Assembly: GCA_013265495.1 (NCBI GenBank)
Contig: MU058781.1
Coordinates: 4,031,050 to 4,095,049, forward strand
Direction of reading: 5' to 3'
Source: Vicugna vicugna
Lineage: Eukaryota
Length of the DNA stretch: 64,000 nucleotides
Numbering within the stretch: position 1 is the first letter of the stretch; each line of letters starts with the position of its first letter. Positions 12,795 through 25,529 of this stretch are shown here, piece after piece. Under the pieces are notes generated by a model. It saw nothing but the letters and a program-made list of their open reading frames with translations. It ran no database searches and was not told the origin of the DNA. Position numbers and translations under genes: made by a program.

Positions 12795-12945
12795 TAATTC
12801 CCTTAAGCCTCCGAACCACACTAGAGTTAGGTACTATTATGATCATAACCCATCTGATAAACAAGGAACCTGAGACTCAGGGACTTTAAGTCCTTGGCCT
12901 TGGACCTGACTGACTGGGTCCATGGTCCACGTACATCGTCATGGC
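12795..12945 (-). mobile_element. MIR
   Basis: TAGGTACTATTAT..CCCATCTGATAAACAAGGAACCTGAGACTCAGGGAC. Confidence 0.6.
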
Positions 12946-13551
12946 ATCCAGGGTCCCCAAACATAAACAGGCTCCTAAGCCTTCAAGGCCACACACCTGC
13001 TTTTTGTAGGCTCCTCCAGCTTCTACTTTAATCCTTTTTTTTTTTTAGTGCTAAATGCAGAAAACTTGGATAACTCAGGAAAGAAGAGGGGGAAAAGACC
13101 CACTGAAAATGTCCGCAGTCCTACCTCCCAGAGGGAACTGGTGTTTACGTGGAATCTAAACACACACACACCCAAACTACACACCCACACATAATATTTC
13201 ACTTGAAAGCGATGTGTGTTAGCATTCATCATGATTCCCAGATTTCCTAGTAAAATTTCAAAAACAACACATAGGATTACCATACCAACTGTTTATTTTG
13301 CTAAGTACGGCCACTGAAACAGCAGCAAAACAACAAACAAAGCCGACAATCCAAAAATCACCATCGTCGTACAAAAGAAAGGAAGTTTAACCCCATAAAA
13401 GCAAGAGGATAATCTCAGAATGAAGAACACTGCTACAAATTAAATATACATTAACTTTGTGAGAAACTCCACACACTGCCCTTATTTTTCTCACAGGGCC
13501 AGGGACCAGTGGAAACCTTACTGCAGGCGAACAGCAGTCTGTAGTCCAGAC

Positions 13552-13705
13552 CGGTGCTTCTCAAATTTCAGTGCGCATTCAGAGCACCTAAGCCTTTCGT
13601 CAAAATGCAGATTTTGACTGAGTAGGTCTGGGTGGGGCCTGAAAGTTGGCATTTTTACAAATTCCTGGTGATGCTAATACTGTTCTCCAGGGACCATCCT
13701 TCGAT
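13552..13705. mobile_element. MER5A-like hAT-Charlie DNA transposon
   Basis: GTGCTTCTCAAATTTCAGTGCGCATTCAGAGCACCT..AAAATGCAGATT..AGTAGGTCTGGGTGGGGCCTGA..CCTGGTGATGCTAAT. Confidence 0.85.
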
Positions 13706-13739
13706 CCATGGATTGTAAGCTCCTAAATAGTGATACATC

Positions 13740-14095
13740 TTTTTATAGCCTGATTTTTTTCCCCAGAAACCTATTGTGAACATTTTCACATATCAAGAAA
13801 CATTGTTCCACAAGATGACTTTGCATGGTTCCATTTATCCCTCGTCTTCTGAGTGTATCTTGATTTAGTTACAAGTCTCTTATTGTTGACTATCCAGGTT
13901 GCTTTTTCTCTTTCTTCCCTCTCTTTCTCCCCTTCTCTTTCTCCTATCATAAAGGGGGCTGTGATGGACCTTCTTGTACCTGCACAGCTGTGCGTTTGTC
14001 TGATTAGTTCTTTAGGAGATATCCTAGAAATGGAGCTGCTGGTTCAAAGGAAAAAGCACATTTAACCCGTACATTTCTAAGGCATTTAGCATGTT
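13740..14095 (-). mobile_element. Old L1 (L1ME-like) 3' fragment
   Basis: GCTGTGATGGACCTTCTTGTAC..TTCTTTAGGAGATATCCTAGAAATGGAGCTGCTGGTTCAAAGG matches the antisense ORF2 end. Confidence 0.7.
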
Positions 14096-14139
14096 TTCCT
14101 TTCACCCTAACCCAGCCCTGAAGACGAGAAATTGTTCTT

Positions 14140-14360
14140 CAATTCCCAGTTCATCTTGCATCCTCTAAGGAGCCTTTCCTACACCTAAGTCGGTGAGGTG
14201 CCTCCGTCTTGCCTGCCCAGCCCCCTGGACATCTCCCAGCCTGGCAGTGACCTGACGGCCTTGTAATTGTTCAGACTGGTGGGGAGCACTTCCTGAGGCT
14301 GGTACCCGAGTCTGTCTGTTCACAGTCCTCAAAAATGCGCGTTAAGTGAATAGAAAAGAA
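14140..14360 (+). mobile_element. L2 3' fragment
   Basis: CATCCTCTAAGGAGCCTTTCCT..TTGTAATTGTT..TTCCTGAGGCTGGTACC..CTGTTCAC..AAGTGAAT. Confidence 0.55.
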
Positions 14361-17300
14361 TTCCTAATAGCCCTTAGAGCTAAATGGTTGTTGCATGACT
14401 AAACAGCATGAACTTGAATGACCCAGTTAAGCAAAACAAAACTAAGCAAAAGAAGAGAATTTTTAACAACTTGCCAGGCCTCTTCATATCGACACCTTTA
14501 CCGTTGGCCTGGGAAAGAGCAGAGGAGCTCGCGGTATTTGTGGCGACGAATGGGTTCAGGTTATGAGACCATCGAGTTGAGTTCCCACCTTCCTTTCTTT
14601 CAAGCAAGCACCTGCCTGCTTCTCTTTTCATCCTGACCTACAGAAGGCTTGGGGGACGGATGGAGTATTCTAATGTGCATGGCCTTAACTCTTTCATAGC
14701 CCAGCTTTGACCTCTGAACGAACTTCTCTCAAATACTGTAGAGAAGAGAGACGCCTGGGGCCTGTAGGCTCTTCAGCAGGAATTCTGTCAGAGAACAGGC
14801 CTTCATTCCCTCTGGGAGGTGACCCTGCCAAAGGCGGCAGAATGACCCACAAAGGCCCCTGGAGGTTCCCTCCACGTATTCAGTGGGCATCAATGGATGC
14901 TCCAGTACGAATAGCCAAAGGATACCCAAGTGAATAGGTCCTTGGAGGCAGAAGGAAAAAAATTAAGTTCTGAGGACAAGGAACTTCAAGATACCCTGAT
15001 CTTTGATAGAAATGATGGCAAAACATTCAGGAGTGCCCAAATGACCCTCTTCTCCTTCCACTGTATTAAAGGCGGACACGTCTTTTGTTTCATTATTACC
15101 TTTTGCACTGTTCTGTTCCGACTGTAAACACTTCCGTGACACCACACTGGCTTGCACAGATGAACAAAGGATATTAGTGGGCATACGGAAAGGTGACTGT
15201 ATTTCTGATGGTTCTTCACCAGGGATGACAAATACATGATACAAACACCGCAGCATATGCCAGCCCTTTCCCCACTGCTGCCCTCCCGCGCCGGACTGCT
15301 CCCTTGGTGGACACTGCTAATTGGTCACTACCAATACCTTATCCACGCTCTTTCTAAATCCATCTCAGCTCCCAGGGCCTCGCACTCAGGGCTGCTGGGC
15401 TGTACCACTCTGGGAGGCATCAGGTGTATTGAACTCTGTGGGATTGTCTCCCACCCCCTCCCCGCCCTGCCCAAGTAATAAAGTATAGCAGCCCCACATT
15501 GAGCATGGGACATTTTAGGCAAAAAAAAAAAAAAAGTTGATTGAATGTAGATATAGCCTCTGAATCCTTCTCAACATAGCATCTCAAACAGGCATTACAC
15601 GCTGATTGGATTTGGCATGCAAGACGAACCCATTTGGTATTCCTGCTTTAAGGAAACACAGTAAGAGGCTGCCAACACAGAACATATTTAATCATCTTTG
15701 CACAAGTGTGTGTTGGGTACATGCATAATGTGTATGCAAATACAGTTTGCTTAGAACATGTAATCCTCTCCCTCCCTTCCTCCCGCTCCCTCCCTAAATA
15801 TACAATTTCATGAAAACCACACCTGCGACTGCTTATTGGAATGGGAAGGGGTCCAACTTATGTTCTCAAATTTATAACACTTGCCTGTGAATTTCTAAAA
15901 CGTGGTTCCTGTAATAAACTACAGTGCCTGGCAGAAAGGTGCAAAATATTTATATCTGGGCTTCACAACGTTTTCATTGGCTTCCATAACCTGAGTTGAT
16001 TATCCCCATGTTTGTGGACATTGCTCTTTTCTTTCTCGGCCCCCAAGGTGGTTTCTTACCTGGCCCTCCCCACTACCCCACCTAGATGGACTGGGAAGAC
16101 TAGGACACAATCCATACTGAAGCAGACATTGGCAAATTCCATGATCTGTTCACATCTCCATGAAAATCAAAGGGGTAAGTAGCACAGGAAAGGAAGACAG
16201 AATTTTCACATTGCATTTTTATCTTCCGGGGTCCATCAGTGTCCCTCAGCTTCATGGCAGGATAGGAGATAACGCTGTTTACTTGCCATGAAACACTTGC
16301 AAAGCATGTTGAAATCCTGGTATAAAGACCATTTCACAATAGACATCCTTTCAGTCCCATTCCCCATTTCCCTTTTCTGAAAAATGGTATTGATTTAGAA
16401 GTGTTTGGTTCCTAGGCCATCACGTGGAAAACGATCTTATCTTCACGTCGTCCTTTCCTTTATGTACCCCTCAGAAGCCTCTGGGCTTAGTGGAAGAGGT
16501 CCTAAAGTGCTTTCCTTCCATCATTTTCAGAAGCTTGTATTGTGTTTACAACTGACAGTGTAATTGTCTATCCCTGAGTCTGTGGCCCCTTTTGCTAAAG
16601 AATGGAAGGTAAACTTCGTCTCTTGGCCAAAAGGAAAACATAGCAGGCAACAGCAGGGAGGAAGAAAAATATTTGGGATAGATAAACTACGGTTTGATTC
16701 AGTGAGGACCGTGACATTGGGTTATTAAGAGAGCCTTGACTGGATACAATTTGGCCCTAAATTTCGTGGTGAGGTTAAGACCACCCCGTGGGAAATGCAA
16801 AACACTCTTCGTTTATTACAATTTTGGAAAATGTCATAGGAAACAAATTTAAAGTCTTTTAAGCACTACCGGAGTTGATAGGATTTGTTCTGGTGAAAGA
16901 CAGGGTAAAAACAAGAACTTGTTCAGACAACCTTCGGTAGCAGTTGATAACATGAGTTAAATGTATCAAAATGGGGAAAAAGCTAATGACCCACTTGGGA
17001 ACAAAAATAACTCCGTAATGAAAGAAATGGAGTTAAGAAATTATAATAGAATATCGGCTGATGTGCCCTTTGGAAATTATGAATTTGCAAAATCCCCTAA
17101 TGTAGTCATTAGTTGGAGTCAAATGATCACCAAATCTGACCCTGGAGATGTGGTCAGGATGAGAATGTTACAGGACCCGAAATCTTGCTCAGTCTTCGAA
17201 GGGCAGCTCTTGCGGTCCACGAAGGGCACGAGCTAGAGGCTGAACAGGGTCTGAGTCGATGACTTTGGGGTGGATTTCTCAGTTTTCATGAATGTTCATT

Positions 17301-17789
17301 GAGAGTTGGCTTCCTTTCTCTGCAGTTTTCAGACATGGGGCTCCTGGGAGCAGTAACCCTCTAGTCGGGCTTTCGGAGAAGGGTCACATCCAAGGAAAAC
17401 ATGAATTTTCGGAGCCAGTTTGGTAGACAATTGGTCTGGGCAGAGCTCTTGTGTTACCACCGGGTAGAGCTGTCTCTGAGAGTATCATGATACCCAGAGC
17501 AGGGAGAGGATGCAAACTGTGACCAGGAGACTAAGAGGCAGGCTGAGTCCGCACAAACCGAGGACTGGGAGCCGGTCTTCAAGGCGGGTCATGTGCAGCT
17601 GAGCGTGGCTCTCCCATTACGTCCCTCCCACGACCTCATTGTCACCCGCCGTGGAAGGATTTGAGAGTTGTGGCAAGTGGCGCATGCAGTCTGCGGGCTT
17701 CAAGCCTTCTTATCTGGCCTCGCTTGAATCCCCGGCATCCAGAAAGCACAGTAGATTCTGGACAGTGGATTCTGTTGAATGCTGGAAAG

Positions 17790-18200
17790 AACACAGATCC
17801 TGGTGAACCAAGCCCCTCCTTCACCGCTTACAGGTAGGGAGCCTCTGGGCCCATTACTTAAATTTGCAAATCTTCAATTTTTTTTGTTCCATGGAATGGA
17901 AGGACAATACCTCCCTCCTGGGGTTGTTTGGGGGACTGAACAACATCAATTAAGTGAACGCCTGTCATAGTCTCTCAATAACTGTTTACTATTTTCATTA
18001 TTATATGTTACATGAATGATTCATAGCAATAAAAACGAACCTGTACTGTGTCCTAGGCACTGTCCTAAGTGTTCAGAGGTATGTACTACGCCTGTTGTCA
18101 CTTAACAAATGGAGAAACGGAGCCTCAGAGACAGAAAGGAATTTAGACGGACCATCACGGGGACTGTGGCTGAGAAGAGAAACTATGGATTCTGTGGTTG
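17790..18200. mobile_element. Tail-to-tail MIR pair (+ about 17790-18000; - about 18020-18200)
   Basis: Sense AATACCTCCCTCCTGGGGTTGTTTGGGGGACTGAA..CTCAATAA, then antisense CTGTGTCCTAGGCACTGTCCTAAGTG..ACAAATGGAGAAACGGAGCCTCAGAGA. Confidence 0.7.
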
Positions 18201-18749
18201 CCCGAGGAGGCCGAGGAGAACACACTGACCAGGGGAACCTGTCTTTGATGAGACTCAGGTCCTCCTTCCCCCTCGGCCGGCCAGCCAGCCAGCCTTCACA
18301 GGCCTTGGGACTGGGCAGACTGAGGATCCAATGAGCTGCCTGAAGCTGGTGCTAACTGAGGATTTATGGAAGATTTTATGGCTATTTCCAACTGAGAACT
18401 TTTCTTCAATCATTTATGGAAAACATAAAAGCCAGTGGGAATCAGATAGGAGAAAACAAGGTCAGAACCACTCTTCCAGATGCTGCGCACAGCTGTTTTT
18501 TGCTTAAGCAGTGGGAGGAAGAAAGAAGGCTATTCGTTTGCTATTTGGGTCAGCAAACAGTACTGTAAAAACCTCTCCTACATAATTCATCTTGTCCCAA
18601 ATAGAAGGTCAAATTTGAGACCCTCAATCCTTTTCGTCAGTCTTCGTCTTTATTTTTATCTCATGGGGCTAGTCTGGTAAAATAGTAAGGATTCTATTCC
18701 ATAAAGGAAAAAAAAATCTCTCTCGGGGGGTTGGATATTGCAATTCCAG

Positions 18750-21350
18750 AAACAAAACGGAATGCGCTGAGGGCATCTTTACGTGCCAAAATGCAGACAG
18801 CTCTTTCCTCCGACTCCATTTCATGCAGCCAGTTGAGCCGTAGCCCTGGGAGCAAAGAGAAAGGGGAACAATTCTGATCTTTAGATTCATAACTCAAGTG
18901 CAGGCTGAAAGGTGTTTTTTTTTTTTTTTCAAAGTCAGTTGACGGCCATTTCACCCAAGGGGCTTCGGAGGGGGGTGTGAAGTTTCAGCCAGCCAGCTGG
19001 CTCTTCCCTCTTCATAACTTATAGATAGAAACCTCCCTGGGGACTCAGTGCAGAGAAGGCATCTGTCCATCCCACACAGGCGTCTCCAAGAGTCCAGAAG
19101 AACCCGACTCTCCGCCAGCACCAGACCTTTCTTAGTCTGCCTGCAGTCCGTGTGCAAAAGGACCCCACACAGGGGTTGATATCAGATTGGCACAGTCACA
19201 CGTTTTGGTGTTCTCACACACTGGTCCTAACACAAATCCCATTCCTTCTTTCGGGGATATACCCTGGAATGGCTGAGAGAGAGAGAGAAAGCCGTGGCTG
19301 GCTGCCTGAGGCATGTGGTGGGTACGGAATGGAAGGGCGGCAGGCACTGCCCCTGGTAGAAAGCTGTGCTGTGGAGCCCAGGGACCCAGCCTCCAAAGAG
19401 CAGAAGGAAAGCCCGGGTTTGTCCTCTGTCATCATGCCTAAGGGTCTAGACGAGAGGCCCCTGAGACAGAGGAATGACCATTTAAAGCGTGAAAGCATTT
19501 GCTTTTAAAGGGAGAGAGAGAGGGAGAGAAAGGGAGGAACGTGAAACGCCCTCCGTTCTGCTCCTGGGAAAGCACTCAGAGGGGGACGCGGAGCAGAAAG
19601 GGGGCTTGTAGGGGCAGACCAAAGGCTGTTCGTCTTCATCTTGGTTTCTTGGGAATGCGTGTGAGCTATCAAAAAAGAGATGCTGAAGAAGAAAAAGCAA
19701 GAGTGGGAGAGACAGACAGCTAAATGAGTCATTTGATCAGCAGAATAATTCTTAAACTCCAGCATGCATTAGAATCAGGGGGCAGCAGGAAGGTGACTAT
19801 TAAGTGCCTTTTCCCAGGACCTATTGAGACTGCAGGGCAATAGGTCTGGAGCAGGGTTTGGGAATCTGCGTTTAGACATTCGTCCTTGTGATCAGGATGT
19901 GAGGACTCAGCAGATCCCACCTTGAGAAACACCAAATTAGAGTGGGGTCATTTAGGAGACAAGGACGTGTGGAATCAAGAATCCCGGGAAAGTTCCTACT
20001 AGGCGTCCGGAATGCCGGGGGTTGGGGACAGGGTGGGAGTGGGGAGTGGGGGTGGGGGCCAGGGTTGAAAGAGCTGCAGCTGCCCAGCCGGCAACCCTGT
20101 GTCTCGCAAGGCCGGGTTGCAGGGCTCACAAGGATGTGCAGAGTCCCAGGGTGGACACGTGGACGGTGTGAAACGCATGGGAGGCTGGGGAGTGGAATGC
20201 ATGAGAAAATTGCTCCGGGACATCTTGTGATGTGCGGATCATTGAATGGTTTGCAAATAATTTAACCTCCCCTGAGTCAGGGTTCCCAGGGTAACCTGTC
20301 TCCATTCCCACCACAGAGGAGCCATGCTGTCCAACTGCTTGCAGGCGGGGAGCCCACTGTACTTGGATTCTCTGGCCAGAGCTTTGCTGGAAGTGACACC
20401 GAAGCAATTACTGCTTAAGAACTAACTGTAATTATTAATTATAATCCTAACAACAATTAAGGCCATGCATAATTCTTTCTGTGGGCTGCCTTTTGCCTGC
20501 GGAGCTCATTTCTCAAACATCTCATTAGTCTTACAATAGTCTTTTTTTCTGTATATTTTTCTTCCAAAGTCAGTTTTCTGTTAAAAAAAAAAAAAGGCCT
20601 ATAGGAAAAAATATATTTTTAGCCCGGAGGTAGCAATACTCCAGTTTTCTTTCTGGATACAGTGCTAATTTTTCTTTTTTTTAAGTTAAACATTCCAATT
20701 TTTATTGGAGATCTGGCTTTTTTTTCAGGTAAAAGTAACGAAATTAAAGGTACACACTTAGAAACTCGTAACATAATGTTTACGTGCAGGCAGAAAGCAT
20801 ACGTTAAAATGGAATTCTTGATCTCTATCAAATACTATGGAAGCTGAAAAACAGAAAACCTAACATATTGCCTGCGGGAGAAAAATGAAACCGTGTGATA
20901 CAATCCATTATGCTCATGATTTTATTTAACAGTCGAATCTTTACACACAAACACAAAACGACCTGAGTGGCAGCTAGTTTCTTAAAAACAAAAGCAATGA
21001 ATGTTACAATAAGTGCCCTTAACACATCCCTGCCTCTTTTCCCGATGTCTCATTCAGCCTTCCCTAACATCGAGCAGGGGCCGTTAAGTCACGTTGCCAC
21101 TCCCAACTGCTCTGCTCAAATTGCTTCTGGAAGCACTGAGCTGCCCTCCGTTGCCGCTGCAGATTTAGCTCTGCGCTGGGGAGAAAGTGGGGAGAAGTTA
21201 TTTGCATAAAAAAAAACACTAGCTGTCTCTTCCCATTAGAAAAAGCACTTGGTATTTTAGTGCAAATTATTTTAAAAAGGCAGATAACTTATTGATGCAG
21301 AAAGGGTAATCCACAAAGATGTACGCAATTTTGTTCAGTGGGATGTCCTC
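18750..21350. promoter_or_regulatory. Candidate enhancer or alternative promoter block (TEAD-type, AP-1, kB and octamer motifs)
   Basis: Repeat-poor. Ten GGAATG/CATTCC hexamers in 18759-20696, TGAGTCA at 19725 and 20273, GGGAAAGTTCC at 19986 and ATTTGCAT at 21200. Function is inferred. Confidence 0.5.
19741..19935. mobile_element. MER5A-like DNA transposon
   Basis: TTCTTAAACTCCAGCATGCATTAGAATCA..TAGGTCTGGAGCAGGGTTTGGGAATCTGCGTTT..CACCTTGAGAAACAC. Confidence 0.8.
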
Positions 21351-21624
21351 AGGGCAAAAACACCAGGGATAACAAGGGTTCTAAATACAAACAGACACAG
21401 TCATAAAATATGACACCCATGATTAAAATACCCTTTTCAAGGATCTCCTACACTTAGAAGAGAAGTGGCCTTGTTAACATCAAGGTCCCATCACTTCCGA
21501 GATGCAAAGGCAGGTTAAAACAATGATATCTTGTCTTTCTTGACTGTATTCTTGGAAGGTTGTGAATTCTGGGGCTTTAATCAGACTAGCCGAGAATTGC
21601 CGAGCAGGTCAGCGATGGGGATTG

Positions 21625-21825
21625 GTATAAGGGTTCACTGCTCAGCTCTGGAGCAGGACAGATCAAGTTCTGAATCCCAGATCTGATGCTCACATGCTAG
21701 CTTTTCCAAAGTCTGGGGGGCTTCATTTACAAATGGGAAACTGAGTTACAGAGAGGTTTAAACACAACAGAACAACCAGAAACCCAGAGGCAAAGGGTTT
21801 AATGTAGTGCCTGGCACAGAAAATT
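21625..21825 (+). mobile_element. Degraded MIR
   Basis: GCTCTGGAGCAGGACAGATCAAGTTCTGAATCCCAGATCTG..TGTAGTGCCTGGCACAGAA. Confidence 0.55.
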
Positions 21826-22079
21826 TTTTTTAAAAAATGTGTATAATGTATGTTTTCCTTTACTTAGTGCCTGATGACAGAAGAGATTTGAGAGTGGACT
21901 CTCACTTGTATATGATGGGAAGAGATTTTTATGGTTTCAGAAAAACTGCACCAAAATATGGGTACTTTTAGATAGTAAGAGGGAAATGGAATCTCACAAC
22001 GATCTCAGTTTGTGGATGGCACTAATATAATAATAGTTCTTTGCCAAGGCTTGGGGACACCGCCTTCATTTATCTGATC

Positions 22080-22340
22080 ATAACAGTTAACAGCTATTGA
22101 GCACTTACTTGGTGTCAGGTGTCATTCTAAATGTTTTTGAGGCATTGTTCCATTTAATCCTCATGACATGTTCATGAGTAGGTACTAATATTACCTCCAT
22201 GCCACAGGTCAGGGAAACATAAGAACAGAGAAGTTAAGGAACTTGTCAAAGGTCACATAGCTAGAAAATAGTGGAACCAGACTTTTAATTCAGGCACTTA
22301 TTACAGAGTCTATACCCTCTTGGCCGCTATGCTGTGTGCC
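22080..22340 (-). mobile_element. Near full-length MIR
   Basis: TATTGAGCACTTACT..CATTTAATCCTCATGACA..TAGGTACTAATATTACCTCCAT..AGAGAAGTTAAGGAACTTGTCAAAGGTCACATAGCTAG. Confidence 0.9.
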
Positions 22341-22824
22341 TTGTTTATTCATTTTTAAATCCCTCACAGCGTCATACATGGTGCTTTGCACCTAGTGGGC
22401 ACTGAATATATTTAAATAAATATATTTATGGAAATAATGTGCAAATATTTACCTAAATAGTATATAGTATTTATGTTTAAGTAGAAACATATTTAAATAT
22501 TTAAATAAAATATTTGCTGTTAAAGTGAGAGAGGATAAAAGGGTTGATTTATTTCTACTGGCTTTTAGAAAAATAAAGTCCAGGAAACTGCCTCGCCGGA
22601 ACATAGATGGCATCTTACCAGAGACCAATGGAATCACAATATTTACACAGCCCTGTGGGCAGTGAGCAGGTAGCTGCACATAGGATTTAGTTCTGCAATT
22701 CAGACGCAGAAAAACATGAGCAACAAATGCATGCTAATCAAGAATCGCTCTCAACACTACCTGAGGAATGACCTAGAAGGTTAAAGGTTAAGATCGACGT
22801 AAGTACACAAATCTTGCAAAATTA

Positions 22825-23055
22825 TCATGGTGTAGTGGAAAGACCACAAGGTTTGGGTCTGACTAGACCTAAATCAGATACCTAACTCCATCACTTAACA
22901 GCTTCCTGACCTTGGCTGCATTGTATGGCCTCTCTGAGCCTTCATCTGTCCAATTTGAAAAGGGGTGTGGTGACAAAAATAACACTAGCTCTTGGCTTTC
23001 TCACAGGAGATAAACTATATGATGCTGGTGTGTTAATAATAAAACACTGGCAAAA
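22825..23055 (+). mobile_element. MIR
   Basis: ATGGTGTAGTGGAAAGACCAC..CTCCATCACTTAACAGCTTCCTGACCTTGG..CCTCTCTGAGCCTTCAT. Confidence 0.8.
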
Positions 23056-24523
23056 TACGCATTGTCAAAGTAACACCAGCTCCTATCACAGAACCCCCAC
23101 ATATGAGTGTGATACAATAAAAAAAAATTTCTTTTTCAAAACAAATCTTTTCTAATCCTCAGGTAACTCCACTCTGTGTGGAAATTTAGAGGCCCAAGCT
23201 CCATCTTGTGACTTCTCCATCTCCATCAGTTTGCTGTGGAAAAGAAAGAATGTGGAGAAACTCCTGCAGGAAGTTTCTATGGACCAGTCCCTGATCACAC
23301 CCAAGTGCAAGGGGCCCTGGGAAATGGAGTCTGTGGGTGTGTCCGGGGACCAACGGAAATGGTTCTGGTGACTAGCTGGCAATTCCAGCCCCCATCTCTT
23401 CACAGGGCTGCTGTAAGATTAAATGAGTTACAGCGTCGGAGAGGGCTTCGTTAATCATAAACACCATAGAAGTCTTCCTATAGCCGATTGCTTTCATAGA
23501 TGTCCAAACACAGGAACGTTCCAAAGGATGGAAACGTAAAGCTCTCGTCCATTTTTTCTTTTTCTAAATACTAAGAACAGTTTGCTGAGGCACACGGTGT
23601 GTGGTGATGGTCCCCCTGGGTGAGCAACCTGCTGGCGACTCGGTGTGGGCAGGTAATGTGGGTTGTAACGAGCGGATCAAAACTGACCTGACTTGAGGCC
23701 ATTTAATCTTGTGAGAAGCCCGCAAATCTCAGAGAACAGCGATCATTGACTACCCTGCAGCAGATCATCAGATAAAGAGGCTGAGAGGGAAGTTTGGAAG
23801 GAGAAGGATGGCAAGAGTCAACCAATGATACAGAGAGTTCTTTGCAAAAGAGCTGTTCCCTCCTCTTCGGTTCCATGACTACCATAGCAGCCTGGTCTGA
23901 AGGTAAGTGAATTTGCCATTCCTCCACGTGCCACCAGCAAGGATTTCTCAGGGAAGGAAAATTTCATATATTTTTCATTATAACGTGATCCGTTTTTGTT
24001 TGTTTAGGACATTCTTTAAGGAAGTGAGTGTGCATCGAACATCTTCATTTTCCAGGAAAAGACTGAAAAATGACATATATTCATTTTGTTTCTATCACTA
24101 AATATCTGGGGTTTTCTGTTTAACATATTATTTTTGTTTTAAGGTAAACTTAGATGTATTCAATGGATGCAGAGCAATGACAGATTTTTAATACATTCTT
24201 TGGTGGATTCAAACGATATGAGCGTATTATACAAAGAATTTTCTAGGGCATGTTTTTTAACTCCTTTATATCTTACCATTCTTTATGTCTCATATTATGT
24301 GCCATTCTTTACCTAGTAAAATATCTTTATTCAATTACTGTACTCACTGGAGCTAATAGGTCTACATTCTGGAAATAAAGTTAATATAGGAATGGGTTAT
24401 CAAGACGGCCTGTGTGACTACTTGATCTAATACAGTACACCGTCCCTCGCTGCGCTTTGTCGCTTCACTTTTCTTCTTAGCCTGGTATATATCTGTACGT
24501 TTATTGCTAGTTTACACCATAGG

Positions 24524-24561
24524 CATATATGTGTGTGTGTATATATATATATACACACACA
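24524..24561. repeat. Compound microsatellite (TG)n(TA)n(CA)n
   Basis: Read directly; 24532-24561 is a perfect 30-bp palindrome. Confidence 0.95.
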
Positions 24562-24650
24562 AGCTCCATGAGGGCAGGCACTTTGGGTGTCTTTGTTCCC
24601 TGTATCCCTGGTCCCTGGAATAGTGCTCAGTAGGATTGCCTAAGTGTCTG
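24562..24650 (+). mobile_element. L2 3' end fragment
   Basis: AAGCTCCATGAGGGCAGGCACTTTG..TGTTCCCTGTATCCCTGGTCCCTGGAATAGTGC. Confidence 0.7.
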
Positions 24651-25057
24651 CACACGTGGAAATTAGGTCTTGGGCATGTTGGATCAATGATCTTCTGCTG
24701 TATATTTTTTCCTCTTAACATAGGCATTTTTTGTGGTTTAAGAAAACAAAGGTATTCCTCAGAAAATCTACACCGAGATACTGGTAACTCTAGGTAGTGA
24801 GAGGAAAGTGGAATCTTATAACTATGGCAGTGTGTGGATGGCCCTGATATAACCACCGCTGACAACCAAAGCTTCTGTGCATCTGCTCAGTTTGTCTCGT
24901 TGAGCCAACTGAGTTCACAGTGATTAAGCACTTAGCTGGCGACAGGTGCCATTCTAAGTGCTTTATCCGTTGTTTCATTTACCCGTCTCAACACCGTCAT
25001 GAACAAGTGTCTGAGAACAAGGACTTGGCCTGGCCCAGCCCCCTCCATTTATGTTAG

Positions 25058-25130
25058 TACTGCTAAAACCCAAAATTCAACCGAGTAAATTTGAAGACCT
25101 AATTGGCTTTATTAGGAGATTCAGGATCAC
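25058..25130 (-). mobile_element. Short ERV1-type LTR end fragment
   Basis: AAAATTCAACCGAGTAAATTTGAAGACCTAATTGGCTTTATT resembles the antisense 3' end, with polyA signal, of MER31-like LTRs. Family is uncertain. Confidence 0.4.
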
Positions 25131-25529
25131 GTACTGACCGTCTCCTGTGAGCCCGGACTAGTGTTTCTACGTGTTACATCATTCACTTTTCACAACGGTC
25201 TTTTGAAGAAGATATTACTGTTCCCATTTCTCCTGGCTAAATCAGAGGACAATAAATAGGTCTACTCAGCGTCACATCCCATAGAATCCCACTGCACCAA
25301 TCATCCACGCGCGCTCCAGGATGAAGCCAGCAACAACTCCCTCCACCTGGGATCTACCCAGGGAATTTCCTGGGAATGAGGCAGCAGCCTTGGCTGCTGG
25401 CTCTTTTTTTTTAATGTACCTGTTTCCAGGGTCCCTCGCTTAGTCCCCAGTCCCCTTACCATTCCTCCCAGTCGTCTCAACAGTCTCATGCAGGAGAGAC
25501 TCCCAGCTTTTGTGCATGAGCGTTGAGCA

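Noticed and set aside
24008..24023. 16-nt plus-strand microexon (TTTGTTTAG|...GAA|GTGAGT)
   Set aside because: It is not frame-preserving, is opposite to the inferred transcript, and is plausible by chance in 64 kb.
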